A program made the position numbers and the translations under genes. Shown here piece by piece: positions 1-14,730 of a DNA stretch of 64,000 nucleotides. The stretch is taken from contig NC_043019.1 of the NCBI RefSeq assembly GCF_006345805.1, positions 12,833,360 to 12,897,359 on the forward strand, read 5' to 3'. The DNA is from Octopus sinensis (Eukaryota). Below the pieces are notes generated by a model, which ran no database searches, had not been told where the DNA came from, and was given only the letters and a program-made list of their open reading frames with translations. Position 1 is the stretch's first letter. Each line of letters starts with the position of its first letter.

Positions 1-409
1 TTTGACCTTAACCAGTTGACCATGTCCCTTAGTGGCTGACGATGTGTGCATCTCTGATCACGAGCAGAAGTAGTGGGGGAGCATCATAGTCATGTGTTGA
101 GAGGGATTCTTTGGGGTTTGAATAATTTACCTCTGGAAACATGGGTGGTTTTTTCAACATCCTTAAACAACCCTTATTCAGGGACCTTTTGAGCAGGATG
201 GACTACTCGACCAGAAGAAAATTCTAACTGGACCCCACCTGCAAGGTCATGTGCTATTTACCTTGATATGAGATCACCATGTCACGCACATATGGTTGTG
301 ATGCATGTGCCTGGTGTACCCTTATCAGACGGGTAGTCATGATGGGTATACTGGGCTTCGTATATTTTACCCCAGTGTCACTTTGATGGCATGCACTGCT
401 CTCTCACTC

Positions 410-450
<41 letters not shown>

Positions 451-525
451 TAATAATAATGATAATAATGATGATGATGATGATGATGATAATAATTATA
501 ATAATAATAATAATAATAATAAATA
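1..525 (+). mobile_element. Probable 3' end of a non-LTR retroelement with (AAT)n/(GAT)n tail
   Basis: Complex sequence ending abruptly in a long trinucleotide tail at 410-525. Single copy in this window. Confidence 0.4.
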
Positions 526-530
526 CTGAC

Positions 531-612
531 CTTTCTGCAATGATTCTTTCTCAGCTGCCAAAATGAGTTTCAAAAGCCGGATTTTTTCCTTTAAGTTTTC
601 CAACTCCCATTT
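531..612 (-). CDS. ATG14: ATG14 coding exon 4 (82 nt; KWELENLKEKIRLLKLILAAEKESLQK), coiled coil; gene continues beyond window start
   Basis: TTTCTAG acceptor, GTCAGT donor, phase 0-1, heptad-like leucine pattern. Confidence 0.85.
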
Positions 613-974
613 CTAGAAATAAATTTCAATAAACACATTAGTTATATCAGACTGATTGAGCCAGCAAGAAGGCCACTTAGTCTACTAGAAATAGCAGATC
701 AGCTTCATATCACACCCTCCTTACTACTACTACTACTACTACTACTACGTCATTTCATCATTGCTTTTAAGAGTCCACTTTCCCATGGTTGTAGGAGTCA
801 GATGGAATTAGTTAAAACTGATTTCCTATAGTTAGATGCCTTTCCTGTCACTAACCCTCATTAGTTTCCAAGCAAGGTAATATTTCCCCATGGATTTTTA
901 TGGAAGATCGATAAAGCAGGACAGACTTTACATGGCAGTGATATTCATTTACAACGTTCGGCACGTAAGCGAAA

Positions 975-1329
975 TATTCCGAACGTGGCCTTTGCCAGCT
1001 TCACCTGGCCCTCGTGCCGGTGGCACGTAAAAAGCACCATCCGATTGTGGCCGTTGCCAGCCTCGCCTGGCCTTCGTGCCGGTGGCACATAAAAAGCACC
1101 ATCCGATCGTGGCCGTTCGCCAGCCCTGTCTGGCACCTGTGCCAGTGGTATGTAAAAAGCACCCACTACACTCACGGAGTGGTTGATGTTAGGAAGGGCA
1201 TCCAGCCGTTGAAACATTGCCAGATCTGACTGGAGCCTGGTGCAGCCTTCTGGCTTCCCAGACCCCAGTTGAACCGTCCAACCCATGCTAGCATGGAAAG
1301 CGGACGCTAAATGATGATGATGATGATGA
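975..1329 (+). mobile_element. RTE-type LINE 3' end (VNTR ~3 units + conserved tail + (GAT)n)
   Basis: Shares the GGATGCCCTTCCTAACGCCAACCAC core (on the opposite strand) and ...CATGCTAGCATGGAAAGCGGACG-(GAT)n tail with more than 12 other copies. Confidence 0.8.
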
Positions 1330-2177
1330 ACTAACATGTGATGTCAAGACACCAACACACACACAAACACACTTCTACTATTTCTGCCTACAATATCCAC
1401 TCACAAGGCTTCAGTCACCCTAGGCTGACCAAAGCTACAGTAAAAGACACTTTCACGAGTTGCCACACAGAGGGACTGAACCTGAAACCATATGATTGGG
1501 AAGCAGACTTCTTAACTATACAGCCACACAGGTCTGAGTGTTTTAGTATATTGAAGTACACACACACACACACACACCACTGCTGTCTTCTTCTTCTTCC
1601 AATCAGGACTCATGCCATTAGCCACAAAGAATAATCTCTAATTATCCAACCCATGCCTGCATGGAAAGCAGACATTAAAAGATGATGGTGATGGTGATGA
1701 TGATGATGTACCTAGGATCATGGTAATCCAATGTCTTCTCAATATTTATGGCATCAGCCTCAAAGTTCACACTGAGTAATAAACCAATCTACAACTACAA
1801 AACCCAAAGCATCAAATAAGCAGTGTTCTAATCACAACCATTATATTTTTTATAAGGACATGGTGTATCTAGGACTACACTAATCTAATGTGTCCTCCGT
1901 TGTTGTTATTGATTAACATCAGGTCAGCTGTAATTAAGTGGACCAATGATTACAAGTTAGCTTAATCTATTTGATTATAATAAAAAAATATTGCAGCTGT
2001 AACCAAACTATATTTTTCCCAGACATTGTAAAACCAAGGCTATATCGTCCAACAAGTCCGTCCATTTCTTAAGACATAAGGAGTGTGGTTTGAAGAATGT
2101 CTGGCTGCTATTTTCAGTAGGTCAGGCAACCATAGAGGCTCCCCCTTTACTGAGATGCTGATATAAGGTAATGCTGT

Positions 2178-2495
2178 GTGGAGGCACATGGCCTAGTGGT
2201 TGGAGCAGCGGACTCACGGTCGAGGGATCGCGGATCCGAATCTCAGACCGGGTGATGTGTGTGTTTATGAGCGAAACACCTAAGCTCCATGTGGCTCCAG
2301 CAGAAGGTAATGGCGAACTTCTGCTGACTCTTTTGCCACAACTTTCTCTCACTCTTTCCTCCTGCATCTTGCAGCTCACCTGCGACGGACCGGCGTCCTG
2401 TCCAGGTGGGGAACTGGGGAACCTATACGCCAAGGAAACCAGGAAACCGGCCCTTATGAGCCAGGCGTGGCTCGAGAAGGAACAAACAAACAATA
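2178..2495 (+). mobile_element. tRNA-derived SINE with V-domain-like body
   Basis: A-box TGGCCTAGTGG and B-box-like head shared with the 25719 copy. Body TGCGACGGACCGGCGTCCTGTCCAGG resembles V-SINE cores. (AAC)n tail. Confidence 0.6.
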
Positions 2496-2666
2496 AGGTA
2501 ATGCTGATGATATGGAGGGTGATGGTAGTGATGATGATGATGATGACAACGACAATGGTATGGTGGTGGTGGTGGTGGTGACAATGTTGAAGTTGGCAGT
2601 GGTAGTGGTGGTTGTAATTGTGATGATGATAATGAGAAAGAAATAAGAGAATTTAGGTTGCCTCAC

Positions 2667-2709
2667 CTTTTTTTCTGCTGTATACTTGTTCTCGAGTCCA
2701 GGTTTTATA
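2667..2709 (-). CDS. ATG14: ATG14 coding exon 3 (43 nt; SIKPGLENKYTAEKK)
   Basis: Pyrimidine tract + CAG acceptor, GTGAGG donor, phase 2-0 bridges exons 2 and 4 in frame. Confidence 0.82.
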
Positions 2710-2759
2710 CTGAAGGGAGAATCGGACGAAAATAAAATTAAAAAATGTGAGTCCAATAA

Positions 2760-3011
2760 TAAGGCAAAGAGAATCAAAGAATATAAATAATGTAAGTGCA
2801 AAGAAGTGAGAAAGCAAGGAGGAAGATAGGGTGAGAGGGGTGGAGGAGGAAGAGAGAGTGATAGAGAAGAGAGAGAAAATGAGAAAGGGAGGGAAGTGAG
2901 AGAGGGCAGCAAAGAGAGAATGGGAACGAGAGAGAAGTAGGGAGAAAATGAAAGAGACAGAGAAGGAGTGAGAGGGGAAGAAAGAGAAAGGAAGAGAAGA
3001 GGAGGGAAGGT

Positions 3012-3057
<46 letters not shown>

Positions 3058-3295
3058 TGGAGAGGGAGAGAAAAAGGGAGGAAGAAAATGAAAGAGACAG
3101 AGAAGGAGTGAGAGGGGAAGAAAGAGAAAGGAAGAGAAGAGGAGGGAAGGTGAAAGAGAGAGAGAGAGAGAGAGAGTGATGGAGAGGGAGAGAAAAAGGG
3201 AGGAAGAAAATGAAAGAGACAGAGAAGGAGTGAGAGGGGAAGAAAGAGAAAGGAAGAGAAGAGGAGGGAAGGTGAAAGAGAGAGAGAGACTGGCT
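2760..3295. repeat. Purine-rich (GA) tract with three ~125-140 bp tandem units
   Basis: AAATGAAAGAGACAGAGAAGGAGTGAGAGGGG recurs at ~2946, 3086 and 3209. Confidence 0.85.
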
Positions 3296-3394
3296 TAGTC
3301 AAGAGACAAAGGATACAGTACAGAACCCTAGGACAAGCCTCCAAGACAAGAGGGACAAAGGTGTCCCCAGGTAATAATCAGTCCAAAGACAGGA

Positions 3395-3673
3395 TTCAAA
3401 AGGTTGCAGGTTACAACAGAGGGGACTCCATTAAGGGCAACCAAGGACCCAGCGTGACACAGAGAGTGACAAGGCTGGCCCTTTGAAATACAGGTACAGA
3501 GAAAGTTGTGGTGAAAGAGTACAGCATGAATCACCACCATCCCCTGCCGGAGCCTCGTAGAGCTTTAGGTGTTTTCGCTCAATAAACACTCACAACGCCC
3601 GGTCTGGGGATCGAAACCGCGATCCTACAACCGCGAATCTGCTGCCCTAACCACTGGGCCATTGCGCCTCCAC
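3395..3673 (-). mobile_element. tRNA-derived SINE (family of 25719), partial
   Basis: Reverse-complement match to 25719-25960. Confidence 0.8.
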
Positions 3674-3909
3674 AGTAGAATACTAACGCACATGGCACTT
3701 ATAAGTTTCTTTACAAAATGTTCTCACAATCCAAAAATTACAATTTAGCATTATAAAAAGACAGTTATTGTTGTTAGGGGTCTTTTCGCTTAATGATACA
3801 GAGTGCTCAGCCAGAATTTGAGAGATACAGATTTCAGTTCTCTGTAGAATTATGCTGGCCATATTTTTCTGTCCCCTACATTGTATTTACCCAATTTTAT
3901 AAACTGTCT

Positions 3910-4430
3910 TCACAGTAATACCCAAAAGAATACCCTCCATCAGGCATTTGCCATATCCTGAATGCCTTACTTCCCTGGGCATGGACACATTGAAACTCCG
4001 ACGTCTGGCAGCTGACTTGGCAGACACCCATAAAATTATCAACCATCATACAAACAATAACTCTGAGCACCTTTCCAAACTCCACCCATCTAACACCCAT
4101 GGACATATTTACAAAGTAAGAAAACAGCACAGCTCCCATGACTTCAGGAAACATTTTTTCACGCTAAGAGTTGCTGAAGCACGGAACAAACTGCCGGCAT
4201 CAGTTGTTAGTTGTCGGAGCACTGCATCCTTCAAAACTTCCATGCTTCCTGAGATTCGCCAACACTACACTTGATTTTCTCCCCTCCATACACACACAAG
4301 CATGTATCTGACTCATACATTGTTCGCTTTCCAGACATTTCTACATTACTGCATGTACTTTATATGCACTTTCTGACAAGTTGTGGTGCACCTGAGCACT
4401 GTATACAATTAATTTCATTATTATTATTAT
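3910..4430 (+). mobile_element. CR1-like LINE 3' fragment
   Basis: ORF 3948-4274: LTSLGMDTLKLRRLAADL...RKHFFTLRVAEARNKLPASVV...SFK, the CR1 ORF2 C-terminal pattern. (TTA)n tail. Confidence 0.75.
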
Positions 4431-4493
4431 GTAATCCTGCATTTGAGAATTTCTTTATTTTCTGTAGAATGCATGAAAAATTTTTTAACTTAC

Positions 4494-4556
4494 CTCTGCA
4501 GGTATCGTTCCCGGTTCGCCTTACTATCTATCCATCTCTCGAGTTTATCACAGTAT
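4494..4556 (-). CDS. ATG14: ATG14 coding exon 2 (63 nt; YCDKLERWIDSKANRERYLQ)
   Basis: TAG acceptor, GTAAGT donor, phase 2-2, open frame continuing exon 1. Size matches my recollection of vertebrate exon 2. Confidence 0.88.
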
Positions 4557-4705
4557 CTATAGGTGAACAATAAAGTAGAGAAAACAATTAATCTGAGAGG
4601 AATTCATGTCATTTCATTTCATTATCAGAACTAACGACTAATTGTTTTACCAACATATAAATACATCAACGTTACGAATGACTCTGTGGTCAAGAAGGAG
4701 TCATT

Positions 4706-4898
4706 TAGGCGTAGGAGTGGCTGTGTGGTAAGTAGCTTGCTTACGAACCACATGGTTCCGGGTTCAGTCCCACTACGTGGCACCTTGGGCGAGTGTCATC
4801 TACTATAGCCTCGGGCCAACCAAAGCCTTTTGAGTGGATTTGGTAGACGGAAGCTGAAAGAAGCCCGCCGTATATATGTATATATATATGTGTGTGTG

Positions 4899-4938
<40 letters not shown>

Positions 4939-5177
4939 TGTATGTGTGTGTGTGTGTGTATGTTTGTGTGTCTGTGTTTGTCCCCACAACATCGCATGAC
5001 AACCAATGCTGGTGTGTTTACGTCCCCGTAACTTAGCGGTTCGGCAAAAGAGTAAGATAGAATATGTACTAGGCTTACAAAGAATAAGTCCCGATGTCGA
5101 TTTGCTCGACTAAAGGCGGTGCTCCGGCATGGCCACAGTCAAATGACTGAAACAAGTAAAAGAGTAAAAAAGAGTAA
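4706..5177 (+). mobile_element. Octopus CORE-type tRNA SINE (OR1/OR2-like), full length, internal (TA)(TG)n
   Basis: Head GGAGTGGCTGTGTGGTAAG...GGTTCAGTCC, CORE-like CCTTGGGC(A)AGTG, tail (GAGTAAAA)n. About 20 copies or fragments in the window. Confidence 0.85.
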
Positions 5178-5819
5178 GAAATTAACTTCTTAACCACATA
5201 GTTTCAGGTCCACATATATATGGACCAGGCTGTGTGTTCTTGAGCAAGACACTTTATTTCACGTTGCTCCGGTTCATTCAGTTGTAGAAATGGGTTGCAA
5301 TGTCACTGGTGCCAAGCTGTATCGGCCCCTTTGCCTTTCCCTTGGATAACATCTGTAGCATGGGGAGCGGAGGCCGGTATACATAGGCCACTGCTGGTCT
5401 TCCATAAACAACCTTGCCCGGACTTGTGCCACAGATGGGAATTTCCAAGGTGCAATCTCATACTATAATCTTTTGTCTATTTCTTGGTTCACTTTCAAAC
5501 AGCATTACCCTGTTGTCTTTCTGTTCTATACTTTACTAGTTTCACTTAGTAGACAAGTGGCCATGCTGGGGTACTGCCATGAAGAATTTTTCTTAGTTAA
5601 ATGAATCGGTCCCAAAATTTTTTTAAAAACCTGGTGTCTTGCAAACAACTTGCACATGCAAGTGCTACCAGTCAAAAACTCTGCATACCAGAAGCCAGCA
5701 AGTGTATGTGGTCATCAGGAAAGAATGCGCGCCGTTTCGGGGCCTACCTCTCGACGGCATCAATGCGCACCGGCCCCCCTCACTGATATGAGGCCCCCCG
5801 CTTGCTAGATCAACTGGTT

Positions 5820-6290
5820 ATCAAATAAAGCTCAATATCCTTCTAGCCATCAGTTCATCGTCTCTTTTTAACCAAATCCAGTGGCTAGCCTTCTCCACTG
5901 TAGATTGGATATCGGTCATGGTGGTATTGACTTTACGATGAGTTAGGCCTAGCGATAACAACAGTCGTCTCACACTGTGTCCAACAAACCCTCTACATCC
6001 GTTTTCTTTTTCTGACGCATTATATGCTGCCTGTTAATACTCAGCAATGACTGTCTATATGACAGGCCATGAGTCGTGAGCAACAGAATCTCCTCCCATG
6101 GCTTCTGTTCTCTGCTGCTTTCATCTAGCTGTTGGTACCATTATCCAACCTCTTCCTCTTACATTTATCTGACCTCTTTGTATCTCAACCATAACCTACT
6201 TGATATCTCACACCAATAGACCAGTGCTCCGCAACAAGTACGCCATGAGATGATGCTAGATGTGCCGCAGCAGTGTAACCTGAATATAGT
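5820..6290 (-). mobile_element. Degenerate HERO-like (RLE-bearing) non-LTR retrotransposon C-terminus
   Basis: Broken-frame translation KPWEE...GCRGFVGHSVRRLLLSLGL...TVEKASHWIWLKR. Confidence 0.6.
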
Positions 6291-6788
6291 TTTTTTTACC
6301 TATACTTTTAGTTATATTTTTAGTTCAGGTGTGTTGCTGAATTTTGAAAAGTAGGCATAGGAGTGACTGTGTGGTAAGTAGCTTGCTTACCAACCACATG
6401 GTTCTGGGTTCAGTCCCACTACATGGCACCTTGGGCAAATGTCTTCTACTATAGCCTTGAGCCGACCAAAGCCTTGTGAGTGGATTTGGTAGACGGAAAC
6501 TGAAAGAAGCCCATCGTATATATATATTGTAGCCTTTGCAGATGACTGATCTAATATGTTAAAGAGAAATGTATAGATTTACTTTTTAAATGTCTCAAGG
6601 AAATTTAGGTGAAATTTGAAATTTTTGGGAAGGAGGTTTTATTAATTACAGGCATCTAAATATTTCTGTGTAGGCTTCTAAAGGGAGGGTTTGATGATGA
6701 GAGTTGAGCTCTAGAAATACCCTCTAATTCCTCTTGTTTTTGTCTTGAATGCCAAAGTTTGGAAGAAGATTTTTGAGAATCTTCCACC

Positions 6789-6825
<37 letters not shown>

Positions 6826-6985
6826 CACTCGCGGAGTGGTTGGCGTTAGGAAGGGCATCCAGCCGTAGAAACACTGCCAGATCTGACTGGGCCTGACGAA
6901 GCCTTCCAGCTTCACAGACCCCAGTTGACCCGTCCAACCCATGCTAGCATGGAAAGCGGACGCTAAATGATGATGATGATGATGA

Positions 6986-6987
<2 letters not shown>
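6826..6987 (+). mobile_element. RTE 3' tail, no VNTR
   Basis: Same tail as the 975 copy, ending in (GAT)n. Confidence 0.8.
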
Positions 6988-7020
<33 letters not shown>

Positions 7021-7022
<2 letters not shown>

Positions 7023-7335
7023 GAGACCTATTGAGTCAAGTACATCAACATCAAAATAAATATCAAATGGAAATTGTAGTTGGATACCTGTGCTGGTGAC
7101 AGGTAAAAAGCAGCAACTGATCGTGGCCGCTGCCAACCTCCCCTGGCACCTGTGCTGGTGGCACATAAAAAGGCACCCACTACACTCACAGAGTGGTTGG
7201 CGTTAGAAAGGGCATCCAGCTGTAGAAACACTGCCAGATCAGACTGGAGCCTGGCGCAGCCTCCTGGCTTCCCAGACCCCGGTCGAACCTTCCAACCTGT
7301 GCTGGCACAGAAAACGGACATAAACGATGATGATA
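7021..7335 (+). mobile_element. RTE 3' end
   Basis: Same tail family. Its upstream part is shared with 7345-7600 (inverted) and 40590. Confidence 0.75.
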
Positions 7336-7344
7336 TCTCAAAGT

Positions 7345-7600
7345 TTCAACGGCCACATTCGGTTAGTGCTTTTTACATGTCACCGACACGGATGCTAGTC
7401 AGGCGGCACTGGCATCAGCCACGTTCGGACAGTGCTTTTAACGTGTCACCGGCACGAGTATCTCAACTACATTTTCCATTTGATTTTGATTTTGCTGTTG
7501 ACATACTTGACTCAATAGGTCTCCTCAAGAACAGCGGGTCACTCTATGATCCAAGGTTAGCACAGCAGGCCGTCCTGCGAGCCATGAACTCACTTCATTT
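7345..7600 (-). mobile_element. RTE 3' UTR fragment inverted relative to the 7021 copy
   Basis: 7460-7530 is the reverse complement of 7021-7090. Confidence 0.7.
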
Positions 7601-8120
7601 GTGAATAAATAAGCATTACATTTGACAGAATAATCTGAATTCTAAAGGGTTAAGAATGTCTCTAGAACTCCCTTCAAACCCAAGCTGCGTTTGCTCCAAT
7701 AACCATCAGTAATTTGGTCAGTGAATCCTCTGCAACAGTTGATGAGAAACGACAAGATGAGCTGCTAGAGGTCACCCTGTTCCAAAGTGTGTATGCATGT
7801 GACTAGGGACGACACATGAACTCCGCACCTCAACACCGAATGATAACCATAGCTACAGCATCCACACTATCTATCCAAAGCACTTGCTACTCCCAGTATG
7901 GCATTTGTGTGTTGGATGTAGTCAGCATCCGTGAGGGATGTGGTGAACTCACTGGTCAGAGCTGGTTCAACCCACCTGGGGTGAATGTCACCACAGGTGT
8001 AAGTAAGTAAATTCATGCAACCTATTCCCTCGTTTACAGTTTATCGTCCATTTTTCTAAACAGCTGCTACTCATAAGCACGTAGGACATGGTACCATGCT
8101 TTCACTAATTGTTTTAGGTG

Positions 8121-8452
8121 CTTGTGTAGTCATCATCATCATCATCATCATCGTTTAGCGTCCGTTCTCCATGCTAGCATGGGTTGGACGGTTCGACCGG
8201 GGATCTGGGAAGCCAGAAGGCTGCACCAGGCTCCGGTCTTATCTGGCAATGTTTCTACAGCTGGGTGCCCTTCCTAACGCCAACCACTCCATGAATGTAG
8301 TGGGTGCTTTTTACGTGCCACCTGCACTGGTGCCAGGCGAGGCTGGCATCAGCCACGGCCGGATTGGTGCATTTTATGTGCCACCTGCACGGAAGCCAGT
8401 CGAGGCGGCACTGGCTTCGGCCACGATTCGGATGGTGCTTTTTACGTGCAGA
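8121..8452 (-). mobile_element. RTE 3' end, ~3 VNTR units
   Basis: (CAT)n-CGTTTAGCGTCC...CATGCTAGCATGGGTTGG on the plus strand. Confidence 0.8.
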
Positions 8453-8693
8453 TTTAAACATCATCTCAACCCACCCAGTTTTCATTTGGGTGGGCTGAGA
8501 GAGGACTGTACCAGCATTTGGTTGATACTCATTTTAACCAATGAGACTGGAGTAACATGAATTGAAGTACCTTGGTCAAGGACACAACATATTGCCCAGT
8601 CTAAGAATTGATCTCATAACTTCATGGTTGTAAGGCTAACACCCCAACCACTATGCTACACATCTTCAGTTGTGTTCCATGTTATAGGGTTGG

Positions 8694-9354
8694 GGTACTA
8701 TTTAAGAAGAGTGGTCCCAGTGCGCGCACTCGCGCATCCGTGCTAGCTAGTCATGACTAGTCGATTCTTACTTTGTGTTTTTGTGTTTTATTTACTTTGT
8801 TTTAAAAAAATTATTTACTTTTTGTTTTATTTACTTCGCTATCCATCTGAGCGTGGCCGTTTGCCAGCCTCGTCTGGCACTGTGTCGGTGGCACATGAAA
8901 AACACCATCCGAGCGTGGCCGTTCGCCAGCCTCGTCTGGCACCTGTGTCGGTGGCACATAAAAAACACCATCCGAGCGTTGCCGTTCGCCAGCCTCGTCT
9001 GGCACCTGTGTCGGTGGCACATAAAAAACACCATCCGAGCGTTGCCGTTCGCCAGCCTCGTCTGGCACCTGTGTCGGTGGCACATAAGAAGCACCCACTA
9101 CATTCACAGAGTGGTTGGCGTTAGGAAGGGCATCCAGCTGTAGAAACACTGCCAGATCAGACTGGGCCTGATGCAGCCTTCTGGCTTCCCAGACCCTAGT
9201 TGAACCGTCCAACCCATGCTAGCATGGAAAGCGAACGTTAAACGATGATGATGATGCTAGGTAGTCGTTGTAGGATCGACTAGTCACAACTAGCTAGTGC
9301 GGATGCATGAGTACGCGAGTGCGCGCACGGGGACCACCCTTCTTAAATAGTACC
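8694..9354. mobile_element. Mutator-like MITE, long TIRs (GGTACTATTTAAG...), perfect 9-bp TSD TAGGGTTGG; carries nested RTE 8845-9256
   Basis: TSD at 8685-8693 and 9355-9363. TIRs about 70-80 bp. Confidence 0.85.
8845..9256 (+). mobile_element. RTE 3' end with four 63-bp VNTR units
   Basis: GAGCGT recurs at 8911, 8974 and 9037. (GAT)n tail. Confidence 0.85.
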
Positions 9355-9479
9355 TAGGGTTGGTATATGTTTCCAATAATGTGTACATATAAGATATAAA
9401 GCCTACTATTCCATGATCCAAGTTAGCTTTGAAAGTCAGACAAAAGGACACCTTCTTTATTAGTACAGTTTATCAAAGA

Positions 9480-9750
9480 TGCGGATACACATACATACAT
9501 GTAAAAGCACCCGTACAGCATCATGTGAAAGCATCCGTGTGGTGTCACATAAAAGTGTCCGTATTGTGTGCACCACGTAAAAGCACCCAGCACACTCTGT
9601 AAAGTGGTTGGCATGTTAGGAAGGGCATCCAGCTGTAGAAACCAAGCCAAATCAGACTGGAGTCTGGTGCTGCTTGCCAGCTCTGGTCAAACCATCCAAC
9701 CCATGCCAGCATGGACAACAGATGTTAAATGGTGATGATGATGATAATGA
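9480..9750 (+). mobile_element. Diverged RTE 3' end
   Basis: Same core and (GAT)n tail. Confidence 0.7.
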
Positions 9751-9758
9751 TATACATA

Positions 9759-10160
9759 CAGGAGTGGCTGTGTGTTAAGAAGCTTGCTTCTTAACCACAT
9801 GGTTCCGGGTTCAGTCCCACTGCGTGGCAGCTTGGGCAAGTGTCTTCTACTATAGCCTCAGGCCAACCAAAGCCTTGTGAGTGGATTTGGTAGACGGAAA
9901 GAAGCCCGTCGTATATATGTATATATATATATGTGTATGTGTGTGTGTGTGTACTTGAGTGTCTGTGTTTGTCCCCCCCAACATCGCTTGACAACCGATG
10001 CTGGTGTGTTTACGTCCCCGTAACTTAGTGGTTCGGCAAAAGAGACCGATAGAATAAGTACTAGGCTTACAAAGAATAAGTCCTGGGGTCGATTTCTTCG
10101 ACTAAAGGAGGTGCTCCAGCATGGCCGCAGTCAAATGACTGAAACAAGTAAAAGAGAGAG
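9759..10160 (+). mobile_element. CORE-type SINE, full length
   Basis: Matches the 4706 copy. Confidence 0.85.
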
Positions 10161-10345
10161 TAATATATATATACACATATGGTGGGCTTCTTTCAGTTTC
10201 TGCTAACCAAATCCACTCATAAGTTTTTTGGTCGGCCCAAGGTACCATGCAGAGTGATTGAACCTGGAACTATGTGGTAGGGAAGTAAGCTTCTTACCAC
10301 AGAGCCAAGTCTGCACCCCCCACCCCCACACACATTTTTTTTTTA

Positions 10346-10760
10346 TACGCAGGAGTGGCTGTGTGGTAAGTAGCTTGCTAACCAACCACATGGTTCCGGG
10401 TTCAGTCCCACTGCGTGGCATCTTGGGCAAGTGTCTTCTGCTATAGCCCCGGGCCGACCAATGCCTTGTGAGTGGATTTGGTAGACGGAAACTGGAAGAA
10501 GCCTGTCGTATATATGTATATATATATACAGGTGTGTATGTGTGTTTGTGTGTCTGTGTTTGTCCCCCTAGCATTGCTTGACAACCGATGCTGGTGTGTT
10601 TACGTCCCCATCACTTAGCGGTTCGGCAAAAGAAACCGATAGAATAAGTACTGGGCTTACAGAGAATAAGTCCTGGGGGGGTCGATTTGCTCGACTAAAG
10701 GCGGTGCTCCAGCATGGCCGCAGTCAAATTACTGAAACAAGTAAAAGAGTAAAAGAGAAA
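10346..10760 (+). mobile_element. CORE-type SINE, full length
   Basis: Matches the 4706 copy. Confidence 0.85.
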
Positions 10761-10857
10761 ATATATACACACAAATATATACATATATACATGTAGAATT
10801 ACACATACATAATACAAAGGGCTGCAATTAAAAAACAGAAAAGCACAATGGCCTTAC

Positions 10858-11252
10858 CTCTCCTGGTCAGATTGTTTATGTTGGTGTACATAGTTCGAGT
10901 AGTTGAACTGTCCCGTATTCACACAGCTGGCACAATAGAAAGGTCGACGGGTGGTCGTACAAACTGGACACCTTTCCACGGCCACGCGGACCGCTCCCCC
11001 GGACAGCTCGAACGAACTCTCCAGGCTGGTGGTGGCCGTGTTGCTCGTGGTGGTAGTGGTAGTGGTAGATGTTGTGGTCGAAGTACTGATGACCGTTGTA
11101 GAGGCGGTGCTGGTACCGCTGGTGACCGCGACGCTGTCCACTGCCATAGACGGGTGCAATGCACTACTGCTACCCGAAGTACTCGTAACAGTTGCAGCTT
11201 TTGTAGATGTAGTAGCAGCGATAGTAGCAGACGTAGAAGAAGTAAAAGACAT
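10858..11252 (-). CDS. ATG14: ATG14 (Beclin-1-associated autophagy regulator) coding exon 1
   Basis: ATG at 11252. Encodes VAVERCPVCTTTRRPFYCASCVNTGQF, the ATG14 CxxC...CxxC motif (human [27 protein letters not shown]). Ends DQER at AG|GTAAGG donor, phase 2. Confidence 0.93.

Positions 11253-14730
<3,478 letters not shown>

Noticed and set aside
2454-3344. 296-aa Leu/Ser/Phe-rich ORF
   Set aside because: CT-rich intron read-through; only the 43-nt ATG14 exon 3 within it is coding.
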